DNA from: a virus
DNA length: 64,000 nt
IMG/VR virus record: IMGVR_UViG_3300030098_002339
Coordinates: 1-64,000 of that record
Strand: one strand, 5' to 3'
In this document: positions 37,275 to 46,974 of the stretch, piece after piece
Position numbering within the stretch: the stretch's first letter is position 1
Layout of the letters: each line of letters begins with the position of its first letter
Translations under genes and position numbers: made by a program
Notes under the pieces: model-generated
The model's database searches: none
Seen by the model: the letters and a program-made list of their open reading frames with translations, nothing else
What the model was told of the DNA's origin: nothing

Positions 37275-37506
37275 AAAATCTATAGAAAAATTAGCAGATA
37301 AGATTATTCAGCTATCCCCAGAGGAAGCAGAACAACTTTCATTAGTTATTAAAGCTAAAATGCTTCCAGAAATCGCAAAACAACAAGCAGGATTATTAGA
37401 ACAGGCAGCGAATAATCCGCAATTGGCAGCGATGGGTCAAAGACAAGGCGGAAGAATGCCTATGCCAACTTCAGCAGATGCTGCTAGACAAGGACTGTTA
37501 AGATAA
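37267..37506 (+). CDS. small protein with bL12 N-terminal-domain-like helices and Q-rich tail
   Basis: IEKLADKIIQLSPEEAEQLSLVIKAK pattern. Confidence 0.5.
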   Translation: MARKSIEKLADKIIQLSPEEAEQLSLVIKAKMLPEIAKQQAGLLEQAANNPQLAAMGQRQGGRMPMPTSADAARQGLLR

Positions 37507-37604
37507 TGCCAAAAGTAGGAAAAAAGAAGTTCAGCTATACTAAAAAAGGTAAAGCTGCAGCTAAAAAATACGCAAAAAAGAAAGGCAAAAAGGTTAAATA
37601 CTAA
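37506..37604 (+). CDS. 32-aa Lys-rich peptide (not in ORF track)
   Basis: MPKVGKKKFSYTKKGKAAAKKYAKKKGKKVKY; TAATG coupling. Confidence 0.7.
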   Translation: MPKVGKKKFSYTKKGKAAAKKYAKKKGKKVKY

Positions 37605-37619
37605 AATAACGAGGAAACC

Positions 37620-37838
37620 ATGGCAAAAAAATTTAAAATGACTAAACAACATAAATTCTTAGGTAAGACGCTACCCAAAGCAATTGGTGGAGCAGCTAAA
37701 TTTGCCTTTAAACAACCTTTAACAGTAGCTGGTGCTTATATTGGTACTAAATTAATAGGAAAGGCTTTTAGAAAAGCTGATAAAGGAATTAGTTTTCCTG
37801 TTGCTAGACAATTCAATAAAAAAGGTAGAAAAATTTAA
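37620..37838 (+). CDS. basic small protein
   Basis: gagga RBS. Confidence 0.7.
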   Translation: MAKKFKMTKQHKFLGKTLPKAIGGAAKFAFKQPLTVAGAYIGTKLIGKAFRKADKGISFPVARQFNKKGRKI

Positions 37839-38155
37839 TGTCAGAAGTTGAAAAAAATCCAAATTATGGAGGCAAAAGGGAAGGTGCAGGAAGACCTTTA
37901 GGGTCTAAAAGCACTAAACCTAAGTGGAAAAGTATGGAAGAAATGTCCGTAAAATACCAACATTCCCCTTTAGATTATATGCTAGCTGTGTTAAACAATC
38001 CTATGAGTTCACCTGAACGTAAAATGTATGCAGCTGAAAAAGCAGCACCATTTGTTCACCCAAGGTTAGCTTCAACACAATCACGAATAGGATCTGATGA
38101 ACCAATTGAAATCAAAGTCGAGTGGCAAAAAGACCAAGAAAATAAAAAAGATTGA
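37838..38155 (+). CDS. terS: terminase small subunit
   Basis: GGKREGAGRP.GS; PLDYML; AA..AAPFVHPRL; directly before terL. Confidence 0.8.
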   Translation: MSEVEKNPNYGGKREGAGRPLGSKSTKPKWKSMEEMSVKYQHSPLDYMLAVLNNPMSSPERKMYAAEKAAPFVHPRLASTQSRIGSDEPIEIKVEWQKDQENKKD

Positions 38156-39404
38156 AATTCCTTATAAGCCACGAGAATATCAATTAGAAGTACATAACAA
38201 TAAAAAAAGATTTAATGTACTGGTTTGTCATAGACGATTTGGTAAATCAGTATTATCAATTAACGAATTAATTAAAACCGCAGCTGCTAAGCCTAGATCT
38301 TTATGTGCATTTATTGCACCAACTTACAGACAAGGTAAAGCAATTGCTTGGGAATATTTAAAATTTTACACTAAACCTTTAATGTATTTTGGAGGTGGAC
38401 GAAATGAGACTGAATTAAGAATAGATTTATTTAACGGAAGTCGTATTCAAATATTTGGTGCAGATCATCCAGACTCAATCCGAGGAATGGGATTTGATGG
38501 AGTCGTAATGGATGAATATGCGATTATGTCACCAAGAGTCTGGACAGAAATTATACGTCCAGCAGTTTCTGATAAACTAGGATGGGTAATGTTTATTGGA
38601 ACACCAATGGGTCATAATCAATTTTGGGAAGTATATGACTATGCACAACGTGGTCATAAAGATTGGATGGGTAAAATCTATCGAGCTTCCGAAACCAAAG
38701 TGATTCCAGATGAAGAGCTGGAACAGGCACGTGCGATAATGACTGAAGAACAATTCGAACAGGAGTTTGAATGTTCATTTACTGCAGCAGTCTCAGGCAG
38801 TTATTATGGAAGATTAATAACTAAAGCCGACTCCGAGAGGAGAATTACCAGCGTGCCACTAGATTCAAATGTAGGTGTAGAAACGTGGTGGGATTTAGGT
38901 ATAGGTGACTCAACAGCGATTTGGTTCGCACAAAGAGTGGGCAAGGAAATACATCTCATTGATTATTACGAAACTTCAGGTGAGTCATTAGCACATTATG
39001 CTGATAAACTTGAAGAAAAAGGATATGCTTATTCTAATCATATAGCTCCACACGATATAATGGCTAGAGAATTAGGAACAGGTAAATCTAGAATAGAAGT
39101 AGCAAGTGATTTGGGTATACAATTTGAAGTTGCTCCTAAATTAGAAGTAGATCATGGAATAGAAACTGTGAGAAACTATTTATCACATTGTTATTTTGAT
39201 AGAGAAAAATGCAAAGTAGGACTAGATGCATTGAGACAATATCGAAAACAATGGGACGATAAAAACCAAGTGTTTAAGAATAAACCTTTACACGATTGGT
39301 GTTCACATGCAGCTGACGCTTTTAGGTACGGATGTGTTGCAGAACCAATTAATATGTCAGAATGGAATAAACCAATTAGAGTAGATACAAAATATATAGT
39401 ATGA
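38097..39404 (+). CDS. terL: terminase large subunit
   Basis: Walker A HRRFGKS, Walker B VVMDE, GTP motif, nuclease WDLG and HAADAFRY. Confidence 0.95.
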   Translation: MNQLKSKSSGKKTKKIKKIEIPYKPREYQLEVHNNKKRFNVLVCHRRFGKSVLSINELIKTAAAKPRSLCAFIAPTYRQGKAIAWEYLKFYTKPLMYFGGGRNETELRIDLFNGSRIQIFGADHPDSIRGMGFDGVVMDEYAIMSPRVWTEIIRPAVSDKLGWVMFIGTPMGHNQFWEVYDYAQRGHKDWMGKIYRASETKVIPDEELEQARAIMTEEQFEQEFECSFTAAVSGSYYGRLITKADSERRITSVPLDSNVGVETWWDLGIGDSTAIWFAQRVGKEIHLIDYYETSGESLAHYADKLEEKGYAYSNHIAPHDIMARELGTGKSRIEVASDLGIQFEVAPKLEVDHGIETVRNYLSHCYFDREKCKVGLDALRQYRKQWDDKNQVFKNKPLHDWCSHAADAFRYGCVAEPINMSEWNKPIRVDTKYIV

Positions 39405-41554
39405 AAAAATCAGAACAAGAAATATTATCAATATTAAATACAGAAATACATAACGCATCAGGATTTATTGGTGGCGAGTTAGTAGCTAGAAGAAAAAAAT
39501 CTTTAAGCTATTATCTTGGTATGCCCTTAGGGAACGAACAAGAAGGTCGTTCTCAAGTGGTATCCAATGATGTATTAGACACAGTAGAAAGTCTAATGCC
39601 ATCTTTAATGAGAATTTTTACATCTGGAGATAATGTATTTCAATGTGAAGGTGTTGGACCAGAAGACGATGAAATGGCTCGTCAATGTTCCGATTACCTT
39701 AATTATATTTTTTATAAAGAGAATGATGGCTTTGTAGCCTTATATTCTGCATTTAAAGATGCATTAATCCAAAAGAATGGAATTTTAAAAGTATACTGGG
39801 ATGATTCAGAAAAAACTGAAAGAGAAGAATATACAAGATTAACAGATGATGAATTTAATGATCTTGTTGCAGATTCAGAAGTTAAAGTTAAAAATCATTC
39901 AGAATACGAAGAATCTATAACAGATGATCGTGGTAAAGAAATTGATAAAGTTACTTTACACGATGTTGTTATTCATAGAACAAGATTATATGGTAAGGTT
40001 AGAATTGAACCTGTACCACCTGAAGAATTTTTAATTGAAAGAAGATGTAAAGATATTAATTCAGCTAACTTTGTTTGTCATAGAACAAATAAAACTAGAT
40101 CTGAATTAGTTGAAATGGGTTTTCCTAAAGATGTTGTAGAAAATATACCTCAAGGTGATACTGATTTCTTTACAGAAGATAAATTTACTAGACACCAAAA
40201 CGTAGATTTCTCACATGGAGAAAATGATGGAGATAGATCCACTAATGATATTTTAGTATATGAATCATATATTAAGATGGATGTTAATAATGATGGTAAA
40301 TCAGAATTATTAAAAATAACTACTGCTGGATCTGGAACTGGTAAAATTTTAGATATGACTGAAATAGATAGTATTCCGTTTATATCTATGACACCAGTTA
40401 TTATGCCTCACAGATTTCATGGAAGATCTATATCTGAATTAGTAGAAGACATCCAATTAATTAAATCTACTGTTATGAGACAAATGTTAGATAACATGTA
40501 TCTAACAAATAATAACAGAGTTGCTGTCCAAGATGGACAAGTAGCAATGGATGATCTTTTAACAAATCGTCCAGGCGGAATTGTAAGAACTAAACAACCT
40601 CCACAAAATGTTATGATGCCTATTCAGGCACAACCTATTACAGAACAAGCAAGTGGAATGTTATCTTACTTAGATTCTGTTAAAGAAACTAGAACTGGAA
40701 TTACAAGACAATCACAAGGTCTTGATGCTAATACTTTAAACAAAACAGCAACAGGTCAAAACCAAATTCTAACTCAATCTCAAATGAGAATGGAATTGAT
40801 TGCAAGAATCTTTGCTGAAACAGGTGTTAAAGATTTAGCATTAAAAATGTTTGAACTTACTTGTAAGTATCAACAAAAAGAAAAGATCGTAAGAATTAGA
40901 GGTAAGTATATACCTATGAGACCTTACGAATGGAAAGACAGAGTTAATATTACTGTTCAAGTAGGACTAGGTACAGGTTCTAAAGAACAACAACTAATTT
41001 TATTAAACGCTATTCTTGAAAGACAAATGCAAGCAATTAATTTGCAACAGAATGTATTTGGTCCAATGGTTAATTTAAGAAACGTTTATAATACACTTAA
41101 GAAATTAATTGAGAATGCAGGACTTAATGGAATTGAACCATACTTTATGGATCCAGATGTCGGTGCAGCTCAAATGCCTCAACTACCACCTAAACCTCCA
41201 ACTGAGTTTGAAAGAGTTACATTAGCTCAAGTTCAAGGTGAAAATCAAAGAGCTCAGTTAGAAGCTAATACAAGATTAAAAGAAGTTGAAGCTAAAATGA
41301 GACAACAATTGCTTGATTTTGAAATACAAATTAAAGAATTAGAGCTTAAATATGGTTCACAAATAGATGAGCTTGAATTGAAGCGTAGAAGTATGTTAGA
41401 ACAAACAGATCTTCAGAAATCTGGAGATATGATGAAAGAAATAGTCAAAGGACAACAAAAATTCTTTAATGATAAACAAAATGGAAAAGCAAATCAGGGA
41501 GGGCAAACGAGCCCAAGTACTTCTAAACGATCCTCTTCTAAAACAAGCGTTTGA
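39401..41554 (+). CDS. portal protein
   Basis: 717 aa after terL; DALIQKNGILKVYWD, TATG, Q-rich coiled C-terminus. Confidence 0.9.
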   Translation: MKKSEQEILSILNTEIHNASGFIGGELVARRKKSLSYYLGMPLGNEQEGRSQVVSNDVLDTVESLMPSLMRIFTSGDNVFQCEGVGPEDDEMARQCSDYLNYIFYKENDGFVALYSAFKDALIQKNGILKVYWDDSEKTEREEYTRLTDDEFNDLVADSEVKVKNHSEYEESITDDRGKEIDKVTLHDVVIHRTRLYGKVRIEPVPPEEFLIERRCKDINSANFVCHRTNKTRSELVEMGFPKDVVENIPQGDTDFFTEDKFTRHQNVDFSHGENDGDRSTNDILVYESYIKMDVNNDGKSELLKITTAGSGTGKILDMTEIDSIPFISMTPVIMPHRFHGRSISELVEDIQLIKSTVMRQMLDNMYLTNNNRVAVQDGQVAMDDLLTNRPGGIVRTKQPPQNVMMPIQAQPITEQASGMLSYLDSVKETRTGITRQSQGLDANTLNKTATGQNQILTQSQMRMELIARIFAETGVKDLALKMFELTCKYQQKEKIVRIRGKYIPMRPYEWKDRVNITVQVGLGTGSKEQQLILLNAILERQMQAINLQQNVFGPMVNLRNVYNTLKKLIENAGLNGIEPYFMDPDVGAAQMPQLPPKPPTEFERVTLAQVQGENQRAQLEANTRLKEVEAKMRQQLLDFEIQIKELELKYGSQIDELELKRRSMLEQTDLQKSGDMMKEIVKGQQKFFNDKQNGKANQGGQTSPSTSKRSSSKTSV

Positions 41555-41732
41555 GGATTTACTAGAAACTTACAAGCAAGAAATTTTTAATACAAGTTTT
41601 GCTGACGATAATAAACGCAGATCTCTTTGGATGGCATATAATATGCTAGACAAAATTAGAGGTCATTTACAGTCTATTATGGAAAGCGGAAAACTAGCTC
41701 AAAAAGATCTTGAGCAGTTAAATAAGAGCTAA
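41469..41732 (+). CDS. small conserved protein between portal and scaffold
   Basis: G.RA..LL.DPLL..AF pattern. Confidence 0.75.
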   Translation: MINKMEKQIREGKRAQVLLNDPLLKQAFEDLLETYKQEIFNTSFADDNKRRSLWMAYNMLDKIRGHLQSIMESGKLAQKDLEQLNKS

Positions 41733-41780
41733 CCTATTCTAGGAGCTCAATATACGTCAACCAACAAGGAGGAACGTTAC

Positions 41781-42773
41781 ATGGCAGAAAGTACTAATGT
41801 ACAAGGTGCTGCTGATAAGATCAAAGGACTTCTGAATCCTGAACAAGGACAATCAGAACCTAAGAAAAAAGCAGAACCATCAGAGCAACCTGAAAAGATC
41901 AAACAGGAATCTTCAAAAGAGAGTCAATCAAAGTCTGAAGAAACTCCAAAAGAAGAAGCATCTGAAAATACTGAGATCAAAGAAGAAACGCAAACAGCAA
42001 CAGAGGAACCAGAACTCCACCGAGTCAAAGTACAAGGTCAAGAGTTAGAGGTTAGCCTCGATGAACTGAAAGCAGGTTATTCTAGAGACTCGGATTATAG
42101 ACAAAAAACTCATTCTTTAGGCTTAGAGAAAAAAGATCTTGAAGCTCAAAAGAGTAGTTTGCGTCAAAATTATGACAATCGTTTAAGTGAACTTAACGAC
42201 TTGATTGCAACTGCTGATGGTTTCATCAGACAACAACAAGGTAGTAAAGATCTTAAAAAACTTTGGGAAGAAGATCCCACGTCTGCAGCACGACTGGATT
42301 ACCAGTTAAGAGAACAAAACAGGCAGATAGATGATATGAAATCCAAAGCAAAAGACGCTTATCAAAAACAATATGATGAGTACCTTGATACACAGAGACA
42401 GTTAGCAGCAGCGAGAATACCAGAATACAGCGATCCTAATAAAGCTGATCAATTTAGAACTGATATGAGAACCTCTTTGAGGTCTTATGGTTTTAGTGAG
42501 CAGGAAATTGGGAATCTGGCTGATCATCGTTTTTTAATGGTGATTAGAGATGCTATGAGTTATAAATCTGTTAAAGATAGAAAACCTATAGTCCAGAAGA
42601 AGGTAGCTAACGCACCTAAAGTTGTTAAAGCTGGTGTCGCTAAACCAAGTACAGGCACAGGACGAGACGCCATAAGAAACAAAATTGGCAAGTTAGCAAA
42701 AACTGGTCATATTAAAGATGCCCAGTCTGCAATACTTGACATGATTAATCTTAAATCTCAACAAAAAAGGTAA
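41781..42773 (+). CDS. scaffolding protein
   Basis: acidic N-terminus; VKV.G.E.EVSLDEL..GY.R.SDY.QKT. Confidence 0.85.
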   Translation: MAESTNVQGAADKIKGLLNPEQGQSEPKKKAEPSEQPEKIKQESSKESQSKSEETPKEEASENTEIKEETQTATEEPELHRVKVQGQELEVSLDELKAGYSRDSDYRQKTHSLGLEKKDLEAQKSSLRQNYDNRLSELNDLIATADGFIRQQQGSKDLKKLWEEDPTSAARLDYQLREQNRQIDDMKSKAKDAYQKQYDEYLDTQRQLAAARIPEYSDPNKADQFRTDMRTSLRSYGFSEQEIGNLADHRFLMVIRDAMSYKSVKDRKPIVQKKVANAPKVVKAGVAKPSTGTGRDAIRNKIGKLAKTGHIKDAQSAILDMINLKSQQKR

Positions 42774-42779
42774 AACACA

Positions 42780-43721
42780 ATGGCACAACCAACAAATACG
42801 TTTGATACGTATGACAGTATTGGTGAAAGAGAAGACCTGTCGGATGTTATTTATAACATCTCGCCAACTGACACTCCATTCTTAAGCTCAGCTGCTAAAG
42901 TAAAAGCAACTGCAGTTTTACACGAATGGCAAACTGACAGCTTGGCTGCAGCTTCTACATCAAACGCTGTAATCGAAGGTGACGAAGCCACTTTGGATTC
43001 TACTTCTGCAACAACTAGATTATCTAACTCTTGTCAAATTATGGACAAAACAGTTGTAATCACAGGTACGCAAGAAGCAGTTAACAAAGCTGGTAGAGCA
43101 TCTGAGATCGCTTATCAAGTAGCTAAAAGAGCTAAAGAGCTTAAAAGAGACTTGGAAGCAATGTTAACAACAAACAACGCTGAAGTAACAGGTAACGCTA
43201 CAACAGCAAGAGAAATGGGTTCATTAAGAGCATGGGTTGCTACTAATGACGTAATGGGAACTTCTGGAACATCTGGAGCAGCAGGTAATACTGCAGCAAC
43301 TGATGGAACTCAAAGAGTTTTCACAGAATCTCTCTTGAAATCTGTAATTAAATCAGTATGGGAGCAAGGTGGAAATCCAACTATGGTTATGGTTGGTCCT
43401 TTCAACAAGCAAAAATTATCAGGATTTACTGGTAATAGTACTAGATTCGATGCAGGTGCTGATGCAACTTTGTATACATCAGTTGATGTTTACGCTTCTG
43501 ACTTTGGTCAGCTTCAAGTAGTACCTAACAGATTCTCTAGAGATAGAGATGCTTGGGTATTAGACATGGATTACTGGGGAGTAGCTTTCTTAAGAGACTT
43601 TCAAATGCATGATCTTTCAAAAACTGGAGACACAGAGAAAAAACAACTTCTTTTAGAAGCAACTCTGGAATCTAGAAACGAAGCTGCAAGTGGCTGCGTA
43701 GCAGACTTGACAACATCGTAA
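42780..43721 (+). CDS. major capsid protein (HK97 fold, SU10/DUF5309-like)
   Basis: GEREDLSD.IYNISPTDTPF, HEWQTD.L, KELKRD.E, Y.SDFG, KTGD.EK. Confidence 0.9.
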   Translation: MAQPTNTFDTYDSIGEREDLSDVIYNISPTDTPFLSSAAKVKATAVLHEWQTDSLAAASTSNAVIEGDEATLDSTSATTRLSNSCQIMDKTVVITGTQEAVNKAGRASEIAYQVAKRAKELKRDLEAMLTTNNAEVTGNATTAREMGSLRAWVATNDVMGTSGTSGAAGNTAATDGTQRVFTESLLKSVIKSVWEQGGNPTMVMVGPFNKQKLSGFTGNSTRFDAGADATLYTSVDVYASDFGQLQVVPNRFSRDRDAWVLDMDYWGVAFLRDFQMHDLSKTGDTEKKQLLLEATLESRNEAASGCVADLTTS

Positions 43722-43732
43722 TAACTAAATAA

Positions 43733-43802
43733 CTGTTTGGGCGAGTAACCTTAAATCTGCTCGCCCAGCAGATTCTAACAATGAAGTCTTGAGAGAAGGT
43801 TA
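43733..43802 (+). promoter_or_regulatory. structured RNA element with alternative pairings after the capsid gene
   Basis: tgggcgagt/gctcgccca versus aatctgct/agcagatt; taacctt/aaggtta. Confidence 0.5.
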
Positions 43803-43829
43803 AAGGCGGAACATTAAAGGAATATAAAC

Positions 43830-44177
43830 ATGAGAACATTAAACGACTATTTTTTACATGCAGCAATCGCAGATATTAGTACAGCATCATCAACATTCGT
43901 GCCTGTACCTGATGGAGGCAAAGTAATAAAAATTATAACTGCTCTTCAAGGAGCAATTGGAACAGCTAATGGCGGAATTTCTTTCGAAATTGGTGGTACA
44001 GCAATAACTGGTGGCGGGATTACAGTAACACAATCTGGATCTGCTGCTGGGGATGTTGATACAGCAGAACCAACTGCAGCTAATGACGTTGCTGAAGATG
44101 GAACTATTGAAATGATAACTGACGGAGCTTCTAGCAACGCAGTTAAACTTAATGTAACATTCGTTATAAGAAGATAA
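43830..44177 (+). CDS. putative capsid decoration protein
   Basis: aagga RBS; small beta-rich protein after the capsid gene. Confidence 0.65.
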   Translation: MRTLNDYFLHAAIADISTASSTFVPVPDGGKVIKIITALQGAIGTANGGISFEIGGTAITGGGITVTQSGSAAGDVDTAEPTAANDVAEDGTIEMITDGASSNAVKLNVTFVIRR

Positions 44178-44252
44178 TTTAAATCGGTAAATGTTCCTGG
44201 AACGTTCTGGGAACATTACCAAAACATAAGGAGAACAAAATATGAACTATGG
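44176..44252 (+). repeat. 77-nt exact direct repeat, copy 2; junction to variant B
   Basis: identical to 1-77. Confidence 0.97.
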
Positions 44253-44520
44253 TTTAAGACATGGAACTGTGCATAAGCTAACTTCTGGAAGTTCATCTTC
44301 TGCAAGTTCAGCTTTTTCAGCTAATATAGAATATATAAGAGTTGTAGGCACTATTGCTTGTCATATACATATAGCAGTATCACCAACAGCAACTACAAGT
44401 ACTACTTATTTACCTGCAGGAGAAGTTGAAGTTATTAAAGTGTCAGCTGGAGAAAAGATTGCAGTATTAAGAATTGGTGGTTCTGACGGAGAATTATACG
44501 CTACAGAATTAACTGAATAA
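44242..44520 (+). CDS. small putative virion protein (variant B)
   Basis: diverged homolog of 67..342. Confidence 0.75.
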   Translation: MNYGLRHGTVHKLTSGSSSSASSAFSANIEYIRVVGTIACHIHIAVSPTATTSTTYLPAGEVEVIKVSAGEKIAVLRIGGSDGELYATELTE

Positions 44521-44858
44521 TGGGTAAAGTAAGAGCAACCGAATGGAATGCTGATGCTAGTAGAACTCGTTATATACAAGAGTCTGATGGCAAACTAACA
44601 GTTAATAATCAGCAAAACTTAAATCCTTTATTAGAAAGGAATAAGAAACTTTATACTCATAATGATGGCTATACAGCCTCAAGAGATATGAGACGGATTG
44701 CTAGTGTCCCTCCAATCATACTACAGATTTGGACTAAAGAATATAATGGGACTAATAATTGGTGGGCTTTACCTAAAGAAACACAAAAAAAAATAATGAG
44801 AACTAAACTCAACAGTAGTGATTTTAGATACTTTAAAACTTCTGAAGGAAGATTATAA
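44520..44858 (+). CDS. conserved phage protein (variant B)
   Basis: homolog of 342..680. Confidence 0.8.
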   Translation: MGKVRATEWNADASRTRYIQESDGKLTVNNQQNLNPLLERNKKLYTHNDGYTASRDMRRIASVPPIILQIWTKEYNGTNNWWALPKETQKKIMRTKLNSSDFRYFKTSEGRL

Positions 44859-45529
44859 TGGCATTAAATACTTATGCAGCTTTAAAAACAGCTATCGCTA
44901 ATTGGTTAAATCGAAGTGATTTAACAGATGAGATCGCTGATGATTTTATTAAACTTACAGAAGCTGATTTCAATTCAAAATTAAGAATAAGACAGATGGA
45001 ACAAATAGATACAATAACTATTGATTCAGAAACTGAAACTGTTCCTACTGGTTTTATTGGAGTTAGATCATTTTATATTTTATCAAGTGATACTAAATAT
45101 ACTTTAGAATACATTACACCCCATAATTTATTTGAAATAAGAGGAGGTTCTAGAACTGGTAGACCTCGTTCTTATACTATTGAGGCAGACAATGAAACAG
45201 AACAATTCAGATTTGGTCCTAGTCCTGATACTACTTACACTGGTTATTTATCATATTATAAAAACTTTGAATCTCTTAGTTCCTCTAGTGCCAACTCAAG
45301 TAATTATATTTTAAGCAATCATCCTGGAATCTATTTGTATGGTAGTCTTTACCATGCATCCAATTTTATTGGAGGAATAGATCCAGAACAAAAACAGAAT
45401 TGGTTACAAATGTACATCGCAGCTCTTGAAAGATGCGAGAATAACGATAAACAAGATAACTATGGTGGAGCACCTGTAGTTCAAAGAACAGATGTGCAAA
45501 CTGATTTATCTTTCTATAGGCGGAAATAA
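44858..45529 (+). CDS. head-tail adaptor (variant B)
   Basis: homolog of 680..1351. Confidence 0.7.
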   Translation: MALNTYAALKTAIANWLNRSDLTDEIADDFIKLTEADFNSKLRIRQMEQIDTITIDSETETVPTGFIGVRSFYILSSDTKYTLEYITPHNLFEIRGGSRTGRPRSYTIEADNETEQFRFGPSPDTTYTGYLSYYKNFESLSSSSANSSNYILSNHPGIYLYGSLYHASNFIGGIDPEQKQNWLQMYIAALERCENNDKQDNYGGAPVVQRTDVQTDLSFYRRK

Positions 45530-46974
45530 TGCAAGTACCTTTTGGAGAATGGTTACCTGATATACCTGATCATTTAAATAAAGGAGCTACAACTGCAACT
45601 AATGTATTCCCTGCAGCAGTTAGCTATAAACCATTTAAAGCATCACAGCAAAAATCTAATGCTTTAGATAGTCAATGCTTTGGTGCATTTTCTACAAAAG
45701 ACAATAGTGCAAACGTCTATACTTTTGCAGGAACAAAATCAAAATTATACAAATTATCTGGCGAAACATTTTCAGATGTAAGTCAAGCCAGTACTACATA
45801 CAATGCAGGAGCTGATAACTTCTGGTCATTTTCTAACTTTGGAACAACAGTTGTTGCTTCCAATGGAGAAGATACTCCACAAAAATTTGTAGTAGGAACT
45901 TCTAGTGTATTTGCAGATCTAGGTGGTTCCCCACCTATTTTTACATTTTCTGCAGTGATTAGAGATTTTCTTGTAGTAGGAAGAATTAAAACTGTTAAAA
46001 ATAGAGTTCAATGGTCTGGCATTAATGATGTTGAAACATGGACATCAGGTACTAAACAATCTGATTATCAAGACTTAGCAGATGGTGGTGAGATTACAGG
46101 TATAGTCGGAGGCGAGTATGGTTATATATTTCAAGAAAACCAAATAACTCGTATGGACTATGTGGGTGGTACAACAGTATTTAGATTTTCAGTTATATCT
46201 AAAAACAGAGGTGCTATCTTTGCTAAAGCAATAACACAAGTAGGTAAAAGAGTTTTCTTTTATGCTCAAGATGGTTTCTTTGAAATTGATGGTGAAACTA
46301 TTAGACCAATAGGACAACATAAAGTTAATGATTATTTTGAAAGTAATTTATCTGCAGGCTATCAACAAAATATTATAGCTTCTACAGATCCATTAAATCA
46401 TTTAGCAATATGGTCTTATCCTAGTACTGCTGCTACAACAGGAGTTCAAGATCGTTTACTTATTTATAATTATTCTGTTAATAGATGGTCTGTAGTAGAA
46501 ACAGCTGCTGAAATGATTTTTTTACAATTTTCAGAAGCTTATACAGTTGATACATTAGATAACGTATCAAATAGTTTGGATGATTTAAATGTATCATTTG
46601 ATTCTAGATATTGGTTAGGTGGAGTTGTTAATTTTGCAGGTTTTGATGGTGATCATAAACTTATTCAATTTGATGGAGATACTTTAGCAGCAACAATTGA
46701 AACAGGAGAAATAGAACCATCACCTGGAAGACGATCAACTGTAACAATGGTTAGACCAATAGTAGATGGAACATCTACAGCACGAGTAACAAGTCGTGCA
46801 AGAGCAGCAGATTCAGGAACAAGTACTAGCTATGCTAGTTTGCAAACAAATGGAGATATACCTGTTAGATCTTCTGGAAGGTATCATAAAGTTGGAGTTG
46901 CTATAGCAGCAGCTGCATCTTGGAATGATGCTCAAGGAGTAGATTTAATAGCAGTATCAGCAGGTAATCGATGA
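45529..46974 (+). CDS. tail hub/nozzle protein (variant B)
   Basis: homolog of 1351..2796, same length. Confidence 0.7.
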   Translation: MQVPFGEWLPDIPDHLNKGATTATNVFPAAVSYKPFKASQQKSNALDSQCFGAFSTKDNSANVYTFAGTKSKLYKLSGETFSDVSQASTTYNAGADNFWSFSNFGTTVVASNGEDTPQKFVVGTSSVFADLGGSPPIFTFSAVIRDFLVVGRIKTVKNRVQWSGINDVETWTSGTKQSDYQDLADGGEITGIVGGEYGYIFQENQITRMDYVGGTTVFRFSVISKNRGAIFAKAITQVGKRVFFYAQDGFFEIDGETIRPIGQHKVNDYFESNLSAGYQQNIIASTDPLNHLAIWSYPSTAATTGVQDRLLIYNYSVNRWSVVETAAEMIFLQFSEAYTVDTLDNVSNSLDDLNVSFDSRYWLGGVVNFAGFDGDHKLIQFDGDTLAATIETGEIEPSPGRRSTVTMVRPIVDGTSTARVTSRARAADSGTSTSYASLQTNGDIPVRSSGRYHKVGVAIAAAASWNDAQGVDLIAVSAGNR

